Of a DNA stretch of 64,000 nt, positions 43,640 to 57,307 are shown piece after piece. The translations under genes and the position numbers were made by a program. The notes under the pieces are model-generated. The model was not told the DNA's origin, searched no databases, and was given only the letters and a program-made list of their open reading frames with translations. Each line of letters starts with the position of its first letter. The stretch's first letter is position 1. The stretch comes from an uncultured Gemmatimonadales bacterium (GTDB taxonomy: Bacteria > Gemmatimonadota > Gemmatimonadetes > Gemmatimonadales > GWC2-71-9): assembly GCA_963828735.1 (NCBI GenBank), contig CAWHFW010000001.1, forward strand, positions 165,495-229,494. Reading direction: 5' to 3'.

Positions 43640-44301
43640 CGGCCCCAGCCGCGGAGGAGGCCGGCGACGACGCCCGCGCCGCGGCGCTGCACACCCTCGA
43701 CATCTGGAACGACCACCTCGCCACGGTCGGCTCGCAGCTGCTCTACGCGCGCCTGAGGCTGCTGCGGGACCTCGGGCCCTACCTGTCGAAGGCCTACGAC
43801 GAGGTCAGCGCCGGGCAGTCCGACGCCCGGGTCTCCTACAAGTCGAGCCTGCGCGAGGAGGTGGCCGCCTCCATCGCCGCCGGTGAGGTCCCGGAGGCCG
43901 AGGAGCTTCGCGCCCAGATCCTTGCCGCCCTCGAGGAGGCGCGCCCGCGGGAGGTCGAGCGCGGCGTCTCGCTGGTCGGCCCGCACCGCGACGACGTCGT
44001 GCTCACCCTCGGCGATCTGCCCGCCAAGGGCTACGCCAGCCACGGGGAGTCCTGGTCGTTCGCGCTCGGGCTCAAGCTCGCGGCATACCAGCTGCTGCGC
44101 CACGACCTCGGCGACGACCCGGTGCTCATCCTCGACGACGTGTTCGCCGAGCTCGACTCCGGCCGGCGGGAGCGGCTGGCGACGATGATCGCCGACTGCG
44201 AGCAGGTGCTGATCACCGCTGCCGTGGACGAGGACGTGCCGTCCTCGCTCGCCGGCCAGGAGTATGCCGTGCGGCTGGGTGAGGTGGCTCCCCGTGAGTG
44301 A
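43640..44301 (+). CDS. recF: RecF, C-terminal fragment
   Basis: GPHRDD, YASHGESWS, LILDDVFAELD; upstream of DUF721 and gyrB. Confidence 0.92.
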
Positions 44302-44905
44302 GGAACCGCCTGCGGACCTGGCTGCGGCCACCCCGGCGAGGGGGTCCGAGCCCGAGCCACCCCCCGCGGACGAGCCCGGTCAGGCGCCCGGGGCTGAGCC
44401 GGGCTCCGGGGACGAGCAGGTCGACGACGCAGCTGCCGCGGCGCTGGCCCGGGCCCGGGCGGCTGCCAAGGCCAAGGGGCTGCGGCCGGGGCTCAAGCCG
44501 ATCCGCAAGCGCCGGCCGGGGGTTCCCGAGTCGCCGCGGTCGAGGGACGGCCGCGACCCCAAGCTGCTCGGCGACCAGATGGACCGGCTCCTGCTCGACC
44601 GCGGGTGGCGGGTGGACGTGGCCGTGGGTTCGGTCATGGGCCGGTGGCCCGAGATCGTCGGACCTGAGGTCGCCCAGCACTGCGCGCCCGTCACGTTCGA
44701 GATGGGGGTGCTGACGGTGCGGGCCGACTCCACCGCCTGGGCGACGCAGATCCGGCTGCTGACCTCCTCGATCCTGGGCCGTCTCGAGGGAGAGGTCGGC
44801 AAGGGCACCGTCAGCGAGCTGCGGGTCGTCGGGCCGAGCGCCCCCTCGTGGTCGCGCGGTCCGCGGCGATCGCAGGGTCCCGGGCCCCGGGACACCTACG
44901 GCTGA
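44294..44905 (+). CDS. DUF721/DciA family protein
   Basis: RWPEIVG..VAQHC.P, STAWATQ, GPRDTYG. Confidence 0.9.
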   Translation: MSEEPPADLAAATPARGSEPEPPPADEPGQAPGAEPGSGDEQVDDAAAAALARARAAAKAKGLRPGLKPIRKRRPGVPESPRSRDGRDPKLLGDQMDRLLLDRGWRVDVAVGSVMGRWPEIVGPEVAQHCAPVTFEMGVLTVRADSTAWATQIRLLTSSILGRLEGEVGKGTVSELRVVGPSAPSWSRGPRRSQGPGPRDTYG

Positions 44906-45345
44906 GCGGCTCCCCTGCCGTCGCGGGGCGCGAAGGCCCGGACGGCGTCGGCGTCACTGTTGCGTGACCAGATGTACTCGTCGGCCCATGCGGCCCGGTC
45001 GGGGTAGGCCGACTCAGCGACGATGCGGGCGCACACCGCCTGGGGGTCGATCGGGGTGTGGCGCAGGCTGACCTGGCCGTCGCGCAGGAGTGCCCAAGCG
45101 CCCCCGACCCCGCCGTAGGGCATGCCGACACTGCCCGGGTTCACCACCAGCCGACGGTCGACGAGCCGCGTGAACGGCATGTGCGTGTGGCCGCACACCA
45201 CGGTGCGGACCTCGTCTGCGAGCCCGGCGAACGCCTCCGCCCATCTCTCCAGGCGGGTGTCCACGAGCACGACCTCGTCGTCGTCGCGCGGGGTGCCGTG
45301 GCAGAAGACCACCTGCCCGAAGTCCGTCCACGTCCAGGGTCACCG
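44896..45345 (-). pseudogene. Metallophosphoesterase, C-terminal half only
   Basis: FCHGTP, CGHTH, NPGSVG present; N-terminal DxHG/GD/GN motifs not found. Confidence 0.7.
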
Positions 45346-45425
45346 GGCGGCCGGCGTCGCGCCGGTGGCCACCTTCCCGACCTGCGGCTGTCGGCGGTCG
45401 GGCGCACACTGTGGTCATGAGGGGA

Positions 45426-46865
45426 ATGTCCGGTTCTGTGCGCTGCTCGATCATCCCGCCGTACGTGCTGGAGGCGCTGGCGGGGTCCAGTGACCCCGAG
45501 GTCGCGGCCGGCGCCGCGCAGGCGCTCCAGCACGACGCGGTTCTGCGGGCCCGGCGTCAGGGACGTGCTGCGGCTGCCCCGGCCCCTGCCTCGACGCCTG
45601 CCCCGACCGGGGAGCCGGCGCCCCCGCCCGGCGGCCCGGGGGCACCACAGCGGATGATCTCCGACGCCGCCGGCACCGAGGTCCTTCCGGGCCGCGTCGT
45701 GCGCCGCGAGGGCGAGCCCGCCACCCAGGACCCCGCCGCGGACGAGGCCTACGACGGGCTGGGCGCGACCTGGGAGCTGTTCTCCGCGGCATACGGGCGC
45801 AACTCCCTCGACGGGCGGGGCCTGCCGCTGCTCGCCACCGTCCACTACGGGCGCGACTACGACAACGCCTTCTGGGACGGCACGCAGATGGTCTTCGGCG
45901 ATGGCGACGGGCGGTACTTCCGCCGCTTCACCGTCAGCCTCGACGTCATCGGGCACGAGCTGACCCATGGCGTCACGGAACTCACCGCCGGCCTGACCTA
46001 CCGTGGCCAGTCGGGTGCCCTCAACGAGAGCATCTCGGACGTGTTCGGCTCGTTGGTGCGGCAGCGAGCTCTCGGCCAGAGCGCGCAGGAGGCTGACTGG
46101 CTCATCGGCGCCGACCTGTTCACCGACGCCGTCCAGGGCGTGGCCCTGCGCTCGCTGAAGGCCCCGGGCACCGCGTACGACGACCCCGCCCTGGGCAAGG
46201 ACCCGCAGCCGGCGCACATGGACCACTACGTGCAGACCAGCGATGACAACGGCGGCGTCCACATCAACTCCGGCATCCCCAACCACGCCTTCTACCTGGC
46301 GGCCAGCGCCATCGGCGGCAACGCCTGGGCGGGCGCTGGGCGCATCTGGTATGCCGCCCTGACCGGTCCGGGGATCAGCGCGGACTGCGACTTCGCCACC
46401 TTCGCGGGCCTGACCCTGGCTGCCGCGCTGGCCGAGTTCGGCGACGCCTCGCCAGAGGTGACGGCCGTCGAGTCCGCCTGGCGCGAGGTCGGGGTCCTGC
46501 GCGCCCGCCGCTCCCCTGCCGCGGGCGGGGGCCGTGGGGCGAAGGCCGGCGCCGGTGCGGGCAGCACGGCAGCGAGCCCGAGTGGGGCGACCGAGCTCCT
46601 CGTGCGGCGCACGGGCGGGTTCGCGGGCCTGCGGCGCGAGCGCTCCGTGCGACTGGACGAGCTGCCGGTCGACGATGCACACCACTGGCGCTGCCTGCTG
46701 GTCGACGAGCGCCTCGCAGCGCTCATCGACGGACCCAGCCACCCCGACGCGTTCTGTTACGAGGTCCAGTGCTCAGCCCCGGCCATGCAGGTCAGCCTGC
46801 CCGAGCCCGGGCTGCCCGACGAGGTCCGGGCCCTCTTCGAGCGCACGCTCCTGGGAGCGGACTGA
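45426..46865 (+). CDS. Protealysin-like M4 metalloprotease fused to an emfourin-like inhibitor domain
   Basis: Propeptide CSIIPPY, NAFW, HELTH, NESISD, GVHINSG; C-terminal RRTGGFAG...D.F.Y. Confidence 0.88.
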   Translation: MSGSVRCSIIPPYVLEALAGSSDPEVAAGAAQALQHDAVLRARRQGRAAAAPAPASTPAPTGEPAPPPGGPGAPQRMISDAAGTEVLPGRVVRREGEPATQDPAADEAYDGLGATWELFSAAYGRNSLDGRGLPLLATVHYGRDYDNAFWDGTQMVFGDGDGRYFRRFTVSLDVIGHELTHGVTELTAGLTYRGQSGALNESISDVFGSLVRQRALGQSAQEADWLIGADLFTDAVQGVALRSLKAPGTAYDDPALGKDPQPAHMDHYVQTSDDNGGVHINSGIPNHAFYLAASAIGGNAWAGAGRIWYAALTGPGISADCDFATFAGLTLAAALAEFGDASPEVTAVESAWREVGVLRARRSPAAGGGRGAKAGAGAGSTAASPSGATELLVRRTGGFAGLRRERSVRLDELPVDDAHHWRCLLVDERLAALIDGPSHPDAFCYEVQCSAPAMQVSLPEPGLPDEVRALFERTLLGAD

Positions 46866-47660
46866 TCAGTCGGTGATCCGCACGGTCTTGAGCACCCGCC
46901 CGGTCAGGGCGGTCGCCTCCGACGGCGATGCCGACGTGACGGTGATGGAGGCGAGCCCCTCGGCCCCCGTCACGTAGAGCATGGTGCCGTGGAGCGCCCG
47001 CCCGCCGGCCGCCAGGGTGTAGGTCACGAGAGTGCCCGGCCCGGCCGGCGTCCGGACCGCTCTGGCGGTGTCGATGTCGCGCCCGAGCACGGCCTTCAGC
47101 TGCGCCCTCAGGGCGGCCATCGGTGGCAGCGTCGCGAGGGGGACCCGGGCGGCCACGATGCTGGACGGTCCGCCCGCCACCGGTCCCCCGACCAGGATGC
47201 GGTCCACCTGGTTTAGCACCCCGGTCCTCAGCTGGTCCGGGTTCATCCTCATCCGCCCTGCCAGCTCCCTCATCATCGGGCTGTCAGCGGCGCCGTCCAG
47301 CAGCGCCTTGGGGTCGTACTCCATGAACAGGGTGGGCGCGCCGAACGCTATGCCCAGGTCGTCGACGATCACGAGGCGCTCGGTGGACTGCAGCGGGCCG
47401 ACCGCGGGTCGGCTCGGACTCGTGGGGAGGGTCGGTCTCGACGTGAGAGTCGGCGCTGCTGCGGCAGCCGCGCGAGGTGCCGAGGACTCAGCCACCGGGG
47501 GCACGTCCGGGGTGACCGAGTCCGGTCGCGGCGTCACCGCGGTGATGGTCGGTGTCGACGTCAGGCTGGTCACCACCGAGCATCCCGACAGCGCCGTCCC
47601 CACAAGCCCCAGTGCCAGGGCGGCCGCTCCCACGCGGCCGCGGCACACGATCCCCCGCAT
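46866..47660 (-). CDS. Putative lipoprotein
   Basis: Lipobox LSGC after a hydrophobic stretch, Pro/Thr linker. Confidence 0.7.
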   Translation of the reverse strand: MRGIVCRGRVGAAALALGLVGTALSGCSVVTSLTSTPTITAVTPRPDSVTPDVPPVAESSAPRAAAAAAPTLTSRPTLPTSPSRPAVGPLQSTERLVIVDDLGIAFGAPTLFMEYDPKALLDGAADSPMMRELAGRMRMNPDQLRTGVLNQVDRILVGGPVAGGPSSIVAARVPLATLPPMAALRAQLKAVLGRDIDTARAVRTPAGPGTLVTYTLAAGGRALHGTMLYVTGAEGLASITVTSASPSEATALTGRVLKTVRITD

Positions 47661-47996
47661 GCCGCGAGAGTAGACGGGGCGGGTTCCCAAAGGGCGAGAT
47701 TCCCGGCAATCCGTCATCACGACCACGGTTTCCAGGGCCGGCGCTGCCCCTCCCCAGCCGGCTGCGGAATCGCCAGAATGCGGCCCTGAGGCCCCGGGGG
47801 ACGACCCCCGACACGGATTGGGGGCATTTTCTGCCTCCAATGAGGGCTCACGGCCCTCCTGATGCCCCTTTTGCCCCTCACGACAGGTAAAGTAGACGCT
47901 GATCCCGCGACCATCGTGGTCTCCACGTTGGTCGCGTGCCATGAGCGGCGTCAGCAGGCCCCTGCCCGCCGACGCGCCACCTGAAGAAGGAGCACC

Positions 47997-50173
47997 GTGT
48001 CCGAGGCTGACAACACGCCCATGCCCGAAGAGACCGGCTCTGAGACTGGATCAGAGAACCTCAGCGCCGCCGAGGCGGAGCAGGCTCGCGCAGCGGCGGA
48101 GGCGGAGCTCGCCGGGGCGCCCCAGGGCTCGGACTACGACGCCAGCGCCATCACCGTCCTGGAGGGCCTCGAGGCCGTCCGCAAGCGTCCGGGCATGTAC
48201 ATCGGCTCCACGGGCGAGCGCGGCCTGCACCACCTGGTCTGGGAGATCGTCGACAACTCGGTCGACGAGGCCCTCGCGGGCTACGCCGACACCATCGACG
48301 TCGTCCTCCTGGCCGACGGCGGGGTCCGGGTCAGCGACAACGGCCGCGGCATCCCCACCGACATCCACCCTGCCGAGGGCAGGTCGGCCGTCGAGCTGGT
48401 GCTGACCCAGCTGCACGCGGGCGGCAAGTTCGGGGGCGGCGGCTACAAGGTCTCCGGTGGTCTGCACGGTGTGGGCTCCTCGGTCGTCAACGCCCTCTCG
48501 ACCCGGCTCGACGCGGAGGTCTTCCAGAAGGGCCACGCCTTCCGGATGTCCTTCGACCACGGCGTGCCGGTCGGAGAGCTCCGCAAGGAGGAGGCGTCCA
48601 ACCGCACGGGCACGACGATCACCTTCTGGGCGAGCCCCGAGATCTTCGAGACCACGCACTACGACTTCGAGACGATCCGCGCGCGCTTCCAGCAGATGGC
48701 CTTCCTCAACAAGGGCCTGACCATCAACCTGACCGACGAGCGGGTTGCGCAGGAGGAGCCGGCCAAGGACGACATCGACCTCGACAACCTCGAGCAGGAC
48801 AGCGACGAGGAGACGGTGGAGGTCGATCGGCGACCGCAGCCGCCGCGGACGAGGCGCCCAAGAAGCAGAAGGCCAAGAAGGTCAGCTACCGGTACGACGA
48901 GGGCCTGGTCGACTACGTCAAGCACCTCAACGCGAGCAAGCGCGCGGACGTCGTCCACCCCGACGTCATCGACTTCGAGTCCGAGGACGTCGAGCGCCGG
49001 CTGTCCGTCGAGATCGCGATGCAGTGGACGAACGCCTACTCCGACAGCGTGCACACCTACGCCAACACCATCAACACGCACGAGGGCGGCACCCACGAAG
49101 AGGGCTTCCGCGCGGCGCTGACCAGCCTGATCAACGGGTACGCGCGCGAGAAGGGCCACCTGAAGGAGAAGGACGACAACCTCTCCGGGGACGACATCCG
49201 CGAGGGCCTGACCGCGGTCGTGTCGATCAAGCTGGGCGAGCCGCAGTTCGAGGGCCAGACGAAGACCAAGCTCGGCAACACCGAGGCCAAGGGCTTCGTG
49301 CAGCGCTCGTCACCGACTCGCTCGGCGACTGGCTCGAGACGCACCCCGGCGAGGGCAAGGAGATCATCCGCAAGTCGGTGCAGGCGGCCGCCGCTCGGGT
49401 CGCGGCCCGCAAGGCGCGCGACGCCACCCGGCGCAAGGGCCTCCTGGAGTCGGGCGGCCTGCCCGGCAAGCTGAGCGACTGCCAGTCCAACGACCCGAGC
49501 AAGTGCGAGATCTTCATCGTCGAGGGTGACAGCGCCGGCGGCTCGGCCAAGGGCGGGCGCGACCCGATGACCCAGGCCATCCTGCCGATCCGCGGCAAGA
49601 TCCTGAACGTCGAGAAGGCGCGCATCGACCGGGTGATGGCCAACACCGAGGTGCAGGCGCTGATCTCGGCGTTCGGCGCGGGCATCGGCGACGACTTCGA
49701 CTGCGAAGGCGCGGTACCACAAGATCGTGCTGATGGCCGACGCCGACGTCGACGGCCAGCACATCCGCACGCTGCTGCTGACGCTGCTGTTCCGGTTCAT
49801 GCGCCCGCTGATCGAGGGCGGCTTCGTCTACCTCGCGCAGCCGCCGCTGTACCGGCTGAAGTGGAGCCAGGACGCGCACGACTTCGTGTACTCCGACCGC
49901 GAGCGCGACGCCGTGATGGAGGCGGGACAGAGCCGGCGGCCGGCGCCTGCCGAAGGACAACGGCATCCAGCGGTACAAGGGTCTCGGTGAGATGAACGCC
50001 CACGAGCTGTGGGAGACGACGATGGACCCGGACCACCGCGTCCTGCTCCAGGTGACGATGGAGAACGCGGCCGAGGCGGAGCAGATCTTCGCCGAGCTGA
50101 TGGGCGAGGACGTCGAGCCCCGGCGCTGTTCATCCAGCGCAACGCGAAGGACGTCCGCTTCCTCGATATCTGA
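47997..50173 (+). CDS. gyrB: DNA gyrase subunit B (frameshifts, probably sequencing errors)
   Basis: [31 protein letters not shown] across frames. Confidence 0.95.
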
Positions 50174-50261
50174 GCCCGCGGACCGGCCTGCGGCCCGTAT
50201 GCCGGGGCGCCGTACCGAGCGTCGACGTACACCAACTTGAAACCCTGACGAAAGGACTCAC

Positions 50262-52833
<2,572 letters not shown>

Positions 52834-52837
<4 letters not shown>

Positions 52838-53336
52838 GCAGCACACCGGAGCAGGCATACGGTGCGGGGACGCGTCCCTTGCAGACCGCCGGCGGGCAGA
52901 CCGCCGCGCCGGCGACCGCTACCGCTGAGCGTCCGGCGCCGCGGCCGGCGCCCGTCCCGTGCCGCGTGGTCCGCGCAAGGTGCGGCTGACGCTGGCCAAG
53001 CTCGACCCGTGGTCGGTGATGAAGCTGGGCTTCCTGCTGTCGGTGGCCATCGGCATCGCGTTCGTCGTGCTCGTGGCCGTGCTGTGGACGATCCTGGACT
53101 CGATGGGCGTCTTCGCCGACATCGACCGCACGGTCGGCACGGTGCTGGGGTCGTCGTCCGGGACGACGTTCGACCTGATGGACTACGTCGGGTTCGGCCG
53201 GGTCATCTCGCTGGCCACCGTGATCGCCGTGATCGACGTGTTCCTGCTGACCGCACTGGCCACGCTGGCCTCGTTCCTCTACAACGTGTGCTCCCAGCTG
53301 GTCGGCGGCGTGCAGATGACGCTGACCGACGACTGA
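52834..53336 (+). CDS. DUF3566 membrane protein
   Basis: DPWSVMK...FLYN...GGVQMTL; usual position after gyrA; 5' part frameshifted. Confidence 0.88.
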
Positions 53337-53442
53337 GACGCTCGCGGCGGCCGCCGGATCTGATCCGATTTGGGCGCGGCGGATTTGGGCCGGCGGCGCA
53401 GGCAAGGGTACCCTCGTCCGGCGCAGCCCGTGTGGTGCGCTG

Positions 53443-53519
53443 GGGCCTATAGCTCAGTCGGTTAGAGCGCTTCCCTGATAAGGAAGAGGTCACTGGTTCG
53501 AGTCCAGTTAGGCCCACCA
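53443..53519 (+). tRNA. tRNA-Ile(GAT)
   Basis: GGGCCTA/TAGGCCC acceptor, ctGATaa anticodon loop, CCA end. Confidence 0.96.
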
Positions 53520-53553
53520 GTCCCGATCGCGTTCTGCTGCTGCGGAGGTTCGC

Positions 53554-53671
53554 GTGAAGAAACTGCTTCTCCTGATCGGCTGTTGCTGTCGGCGCGTTCG
53601 CCGTGTGGCGCAAGATCGAGGCCGACAAGGCCGAGCAGAACCTCTGGGCAGAGGCGACCGACTCGGTCTGA
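53554..53671 (+). CDS. DLW-39 family small protein (frameshifted)
   Basis: MKKLLLL...KIEADKAEQNLWAEATDSV between the two tRNAs. Confidence 0.75.
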
Positions 53672-53712
53672 ATCGCCCACCGGTCCGCTCTCAGGCGGCT
53701 GGCCGTCACCCA

Positions 53713-53788
53713 GGGGCCATGGCGCAATTGGTAGCGCACCTGCTTTGCAAGCAGGGGGTTAGGGGTTCGAGTCCCCTTGGCTCCACCA
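53713..53788 (+). tRNA. tRNA-Ala(TGC)
   Basis: GGGGCCA/TGGCTCC acceptor, ttTGCaa anticodon loop, CCA end. Confidence 0.96.
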
Positions 53789-53862
53789 CAGGTCAGAGGC
53801 CGTTTCCGGTCTGGGAAGGGCCTTTTTCGTGCCCGTACTGCAAATAAGTACTGCAGTTCGGC

Positions 53863-53940
53863 TCATCCGAAGGCCTCCCCGAGCTTCTTCAGGGCCTCCC
53901 TCGTCGAGGCGGCCGACACCTGCGAGTAGATGTCCATCGT
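53863..53940 (-). pseudogene. Tyrosine integrase C-terminal remnant
   Basis: TMDIYSQVSAASTREALKKLGEAFG*. Confidence 0.75.
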
Positions 53941-53980
53941 CTGAACGGACCGTGGTCCTGCTGCACTCCCCCGAGCCGGT

Positions 53981-54178
53981 TCACAGCGACCCCAGCCACG
54001 CGTCGATCGAGTCGGCGATCACCCGGATCTGCCCGGTCATGCCTGGACCGATCGGGGTCGCCCCGAGCAGGATCCCGAACAGCACCGCGATCAGCCGGCG
54101 AGGCGGGTTCAGCTGCTTGAACTTCATCAGCGCGACCAGCACCAGGCCGACGACGACGCACAGCGCGACGACGCTCAT
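53981..54178 (-). CDS. Small membrane protein of the element
   Basis: Two hydrophobic segments, stop/start overlap with Pra. Confidence 0.65.
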   Translation of the reverse strand: MSVVALCVVVGLVLVALMKFKQLNPPRRLIAVLFGILLGATPIGPGMTGQIRVIADSIDAWLGSL

Positions 54179-54639
54179 CGATCGTCACGCCGCCTTCGTG
54201 GCCGAGGAGCTGCCGCCGGTGGCTCTTGGCGGGCGACCATGCTCTCGGCGCGGAACGACCACGCCGACTGCGCGCGGCAGCGGTGCGACTTCCCCGGTTC
54301 GGGAGCGCCGCAGCGGGAGGAGTCGACCCACGGGGTCGCGGTGAGACCCTCGAACCGGACGCCCGTGAACGGTGAGGAACCGTCGTTGGACGGCGGGACC
54401 GGCTGCACCTTCGCGGCGATCTTGACCGTGACCGTCTTGGACTTCTTCGGGGCCTCCGGGTCCGCGTCGAGCACGTCCACCGACCAGACCGGCAGCCCGT
54501 TCTCCTTGTCGACGTCCTGGACCTTGGTCTCCCGCGTCGACTTCTCGAAGTCGTAGACCGGGGTGACGTCGGAGACGAGGTACGCCCCGAACGGGAACAC
54601 CTCGTCGTGCGCGACCTTGAACCTGCGAGCGAGCGCCAT
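54175..54639 (-). CDS. Plasmid replication, integration and excision activator (Pra-like)
   Basis: VFPFGAY...DF..S....Q.VDKENGLPVW.V.V.DADP...VKIAA.VQP...FEGLTATPWV. Confidence 0.8.
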   Translation of the reverse strand: MALARRFKVAHDEVFPFGAYLVSDVTPVYDFEKSTRETKVQDVDKENGLPVWSVDVLDADPEAPKKSKTVTVKIAAKVQPVPPSNDGSSPFTGVRFEGLTATPWVDSSRCGAPEPGKSHRCRAQSAWSFRAESMVARQEPPAAAPRPRRRRDDR

Positions 54640-54758
54640 GTCTGTCCTCTTCGTCTGGGCGACCCTGTGCCGCCCGGTATGACCACCCTCGTTGGATCTT
54701 TAGGGACGCTTTAACCTCACAAGAGGGACATTTGGGGCTATTTGCGGAGCATGTAGCC

Positions 54759-55499
54759 ATGACGAACCACCGACTTCGGAACGCGATGGCGGCAGCCGAG
54801 CTGACGAACGCACGCCTGGCCGAGCAGGTCGGAGTGGACGCCAAGAGCGTCGAGCGATGGGTAACCCAGGGTCGGCAGCCGCACGCCGACGACCCGCGGG
54901 CGAGTGGCGCGAGTGCTGGGGTTCGAGGAGACCTACCTGTGGCCGGCTCTCCTCACCTCATCGAGCGAGGCCTGGGTGCGAGCCAGTCCGAGCTCGTCCA
55001 GCTCTGGCCGACGCGGAACGAGGTGCCGGCAGACGTGTGGCGCACGCTCATCAGCCAGGCCGAGCGCACGGATGGAGATCTGGTCTACGCCGGAGGGTTC
55101 CTGGTCGAGACCTTCGGGCTCGTCGACGTCGTCCGGGAGAAGTCGGAGCTCGGCGCCAGGTCCGCATCCTGCTCGGCGACGCATCGCTGCGAGGCGGTGA
55201 GGGCACGCGGCGTCGAGGAGGGCCTGCCGACGCTGCCGCAGCGGTGTCAGTCGACACTCGAGTACCTGAGCGAGACGCTGTCGCCTCCCGGGCGTCGAAG
55301 TCCGAACGCACCAGCACCCCGCTGTACGCCAGCCAGTTCCGGTTCGACGACACCATGCTCGTCAACACCCACACCTACGGGTCCTGGGCGGCGCGGTCCC
55401 CGCGTGCAGCACCTGCAGCACGTTCCCGGCGGGCAGCTGTTCGCCTACTACGACGACACCTTCGAGCGCGTCTGGGCGACCGGCCGAACCGTAAGGTGA
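54759..55499 (+). CDS. XRE-family regulator with C-terminal PLD-like (DUF5919-type) domain, frameshifted
   Basis: [46 protein letters not shown]. Confidence 0.8.
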   Translation: MTNHRLRNAMAAAELTNARLAEQVGVDAKSVERWVTQGRQPHADDPRASGASAGVRGDLPVAGSPHLIERGLGASQSELVQLWPTRNEVPADVWRTLISQAERTDGDLVYAGGFLVETFGLVDVVREKSELGARSASCSATHRCEAVRARGVEEGLPTLPQRCQSTLEYLSETLSPPGRRSPNAPAPRCTPASSGSTTPCSSTPTPTGPGRRGPRVQHLQHVPGGQLFAYYDDTFERVWATGRTVR

Positions 55500-55503
55500 C
55501 GGC

Positions 55504-55986
55504 ATGGGACGCCGCATCGACTACTACGACGACCCGACAGCGCCGCCGGCCAACAGCATCCGGCCCAGCGCCGGCACCTTCGTCCAGCGGGACGGCAAGG
55601 TCCTGCTGATCCAGCGCTCCGACAACGGCAACTGGTCCATGCCAGGCGGAGCGCAGGACCCCGGCGAGTCGCTGACCCGGACCGCGGTCCGCGAGACGCT
55701 CGAAGAGACCGGCGTCACGGTGCGAGTCGACGGGATCGTCGGCATCTTCACCGACCCCCAGCACGTCGTGCACTACACCAGCGACGACGAGGTCCGGCAG
55801 GAGTTCACGGTCATCTACCGGGCGGACTACGTCGAGGGCGAGCCCACCGAGAGCGATGAGAGCACGCGGGTGGGTGGGTTCCCGTCGACGAGCTCGGCTG
55901 ACCTGCCGATGGACCCGAGCCAGCGGAAGCGACTCGACTGGGCGTCAGCTCAGACACGGCCCTGGATCGACGACGACGGCGACTGA
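55504..55986 (+). CDS. NUDIX hydrolase
   Basis: Nudix box [23 protein letters not shown]. Confidence 0.9.
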   Translation: MGRRIDYYDDPTAPPANSIRPSAGTFVQRDGKVLLIQRSDNGNWSMPGGAQDPGESLTRTAVRETLEETGVTVRVDGIVGIFTDPQHVVHYTSDDEVRQEFTVIYRADYVEGEPTESDESTRVGGFPSTSSADLPMDPSQRKRLDWASAQTRPWIDDDGD

Positions 55987-56498
55987 CCCGCAGCCAGCAG
56001 GACCGGCTCGCGCCCGATTGATGAACTCGTCACGAGGTCCTCCGGCCCGTACCTCGCGCAGATCTCGGCCAGCCGCTCCTCGACCGTGACGGTCTTGCCC
56101 AGTCGGGCCCGTGGTCATGTCCGCCCACCACAAGACGGCATGAGCCGCCGCGAGGTCCACGTCGTCGTCAGAGCGAAGGCTCATACGCGGACAGATCAAT
56201 GCCCCGCACCTCCGCCTCGTAGGTGCTCGCCGAGTGGTGCGCCACCAGGTGACAGACGACTGGCGAGAAGCCGAGACCTCGAAGGAAGTGCGCTCCGTCG
56301 AGAGGGTGAAAGCCTGTCACGGGGTGCGCCGTAGCCAATGTCGTGCAGCGTCGCCGCAGCAACCAAGTCGGCCCGCAGTCGAGGGGCAACAGCCTGGACT
56401 TGGGCACCGGCCTTTCGGCCTACTTCGAGCGAGTGCGCGCGTCGATTCGGCGTCAGAGCTGCAAGCAGGTCGTCGAACAAGAAAGCCTCCCGGGACAA
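55945..56498 (-). CDS. HD-domain protein (frameshifted)
   Basis: [32 protein letters not shown] across frames; 3' end approximate. Confidence 0.8.
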
Positions 56499-56754
56499 CC
56501 GTAGCCAAGGCCGGGAACGGGATGCCCCTCTGCGCAGCCCATCATCCGTGCCGATCAGAACGCTTCAAGGGCGGCTGCGCCGTCACTGCGTGATGGCCTG
56601 CGGCCACCCTTGACCCAACCTGTCCGGCCCTACTGCTGCTCCGCTACGAGGAACATCCCTCACTTGCGACCACCAGGTCTCCACGACTTGCTTGACTGCT
56701 CCATGCTAAGAATGCTACTAATTCTGCTATCAGCTCTTAACCCTAGGGGGAAAC

Positions 56755-57153
56755 ATGCCGAACATCTCCGTGAGCACCACCAACGCCGATCGTCTGTCGC
56801 TCCTTGCCCGAGCTTGGGCTGTTAGCCCGGATATGGCGCTCGGCCGGCTCTTGGACGACTTCATGAGTGGTGGCACCGCGGCATCCACTGAAGCGCCGGA
56901 TCCAGGTGACGGCGCCCTGGCGGTCCATGCTTTCTACGGCGGTCAGCGCATCGAAGGGCGCTTCTTCCCGACGAGCGGACGACTCGAGATTCTGAGCGGG
57001 CCGTGCGGGGGGCGGAGTTTCAAGTCACCGAGCGGGGCGGCGATTGCGGTCGTGCAAGCCATCAACCCGACCGTCAACCCGAATCGAAACGGCTGGTCGT
57101 TCTGGATCGTCAACGACACGGGTCGCACGCTGCAGTCAGCCCGTGGTGCTTAG
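56755..57153 (+). CDS. RAMA/DUF4357-like domain protein
   Basis: FKSPSGAA...NGWSFW motif. Confidence 0.65.
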   Translation: MPNISVSTTNADRLSLLARAWAVSPDMALGRLLDDFMSGGTAASTEAPDPGDGALAVHAFYGGQRIEGRFFPTSGRLEILSGPCGGRSFKSPSGAAIAVVQAINPTVNPNRNGWSFWIVNDTGRTLQSARGA

Positions 57154-57307
57154 GCCCAGCTTTGCGTGGGAGGGCCACAGAGCGGTCGGTGGCAGGTTGC
57201 GCCAAAAGGGGCATAACGTCGAGCTTGCCGTGGAAGGCTAATAGCGTGAGACCGTCGTTAATCATCCTTAACGGGCCCGACGCGTTCCGTAAGTCGGAGG
57301 CGGGGCT

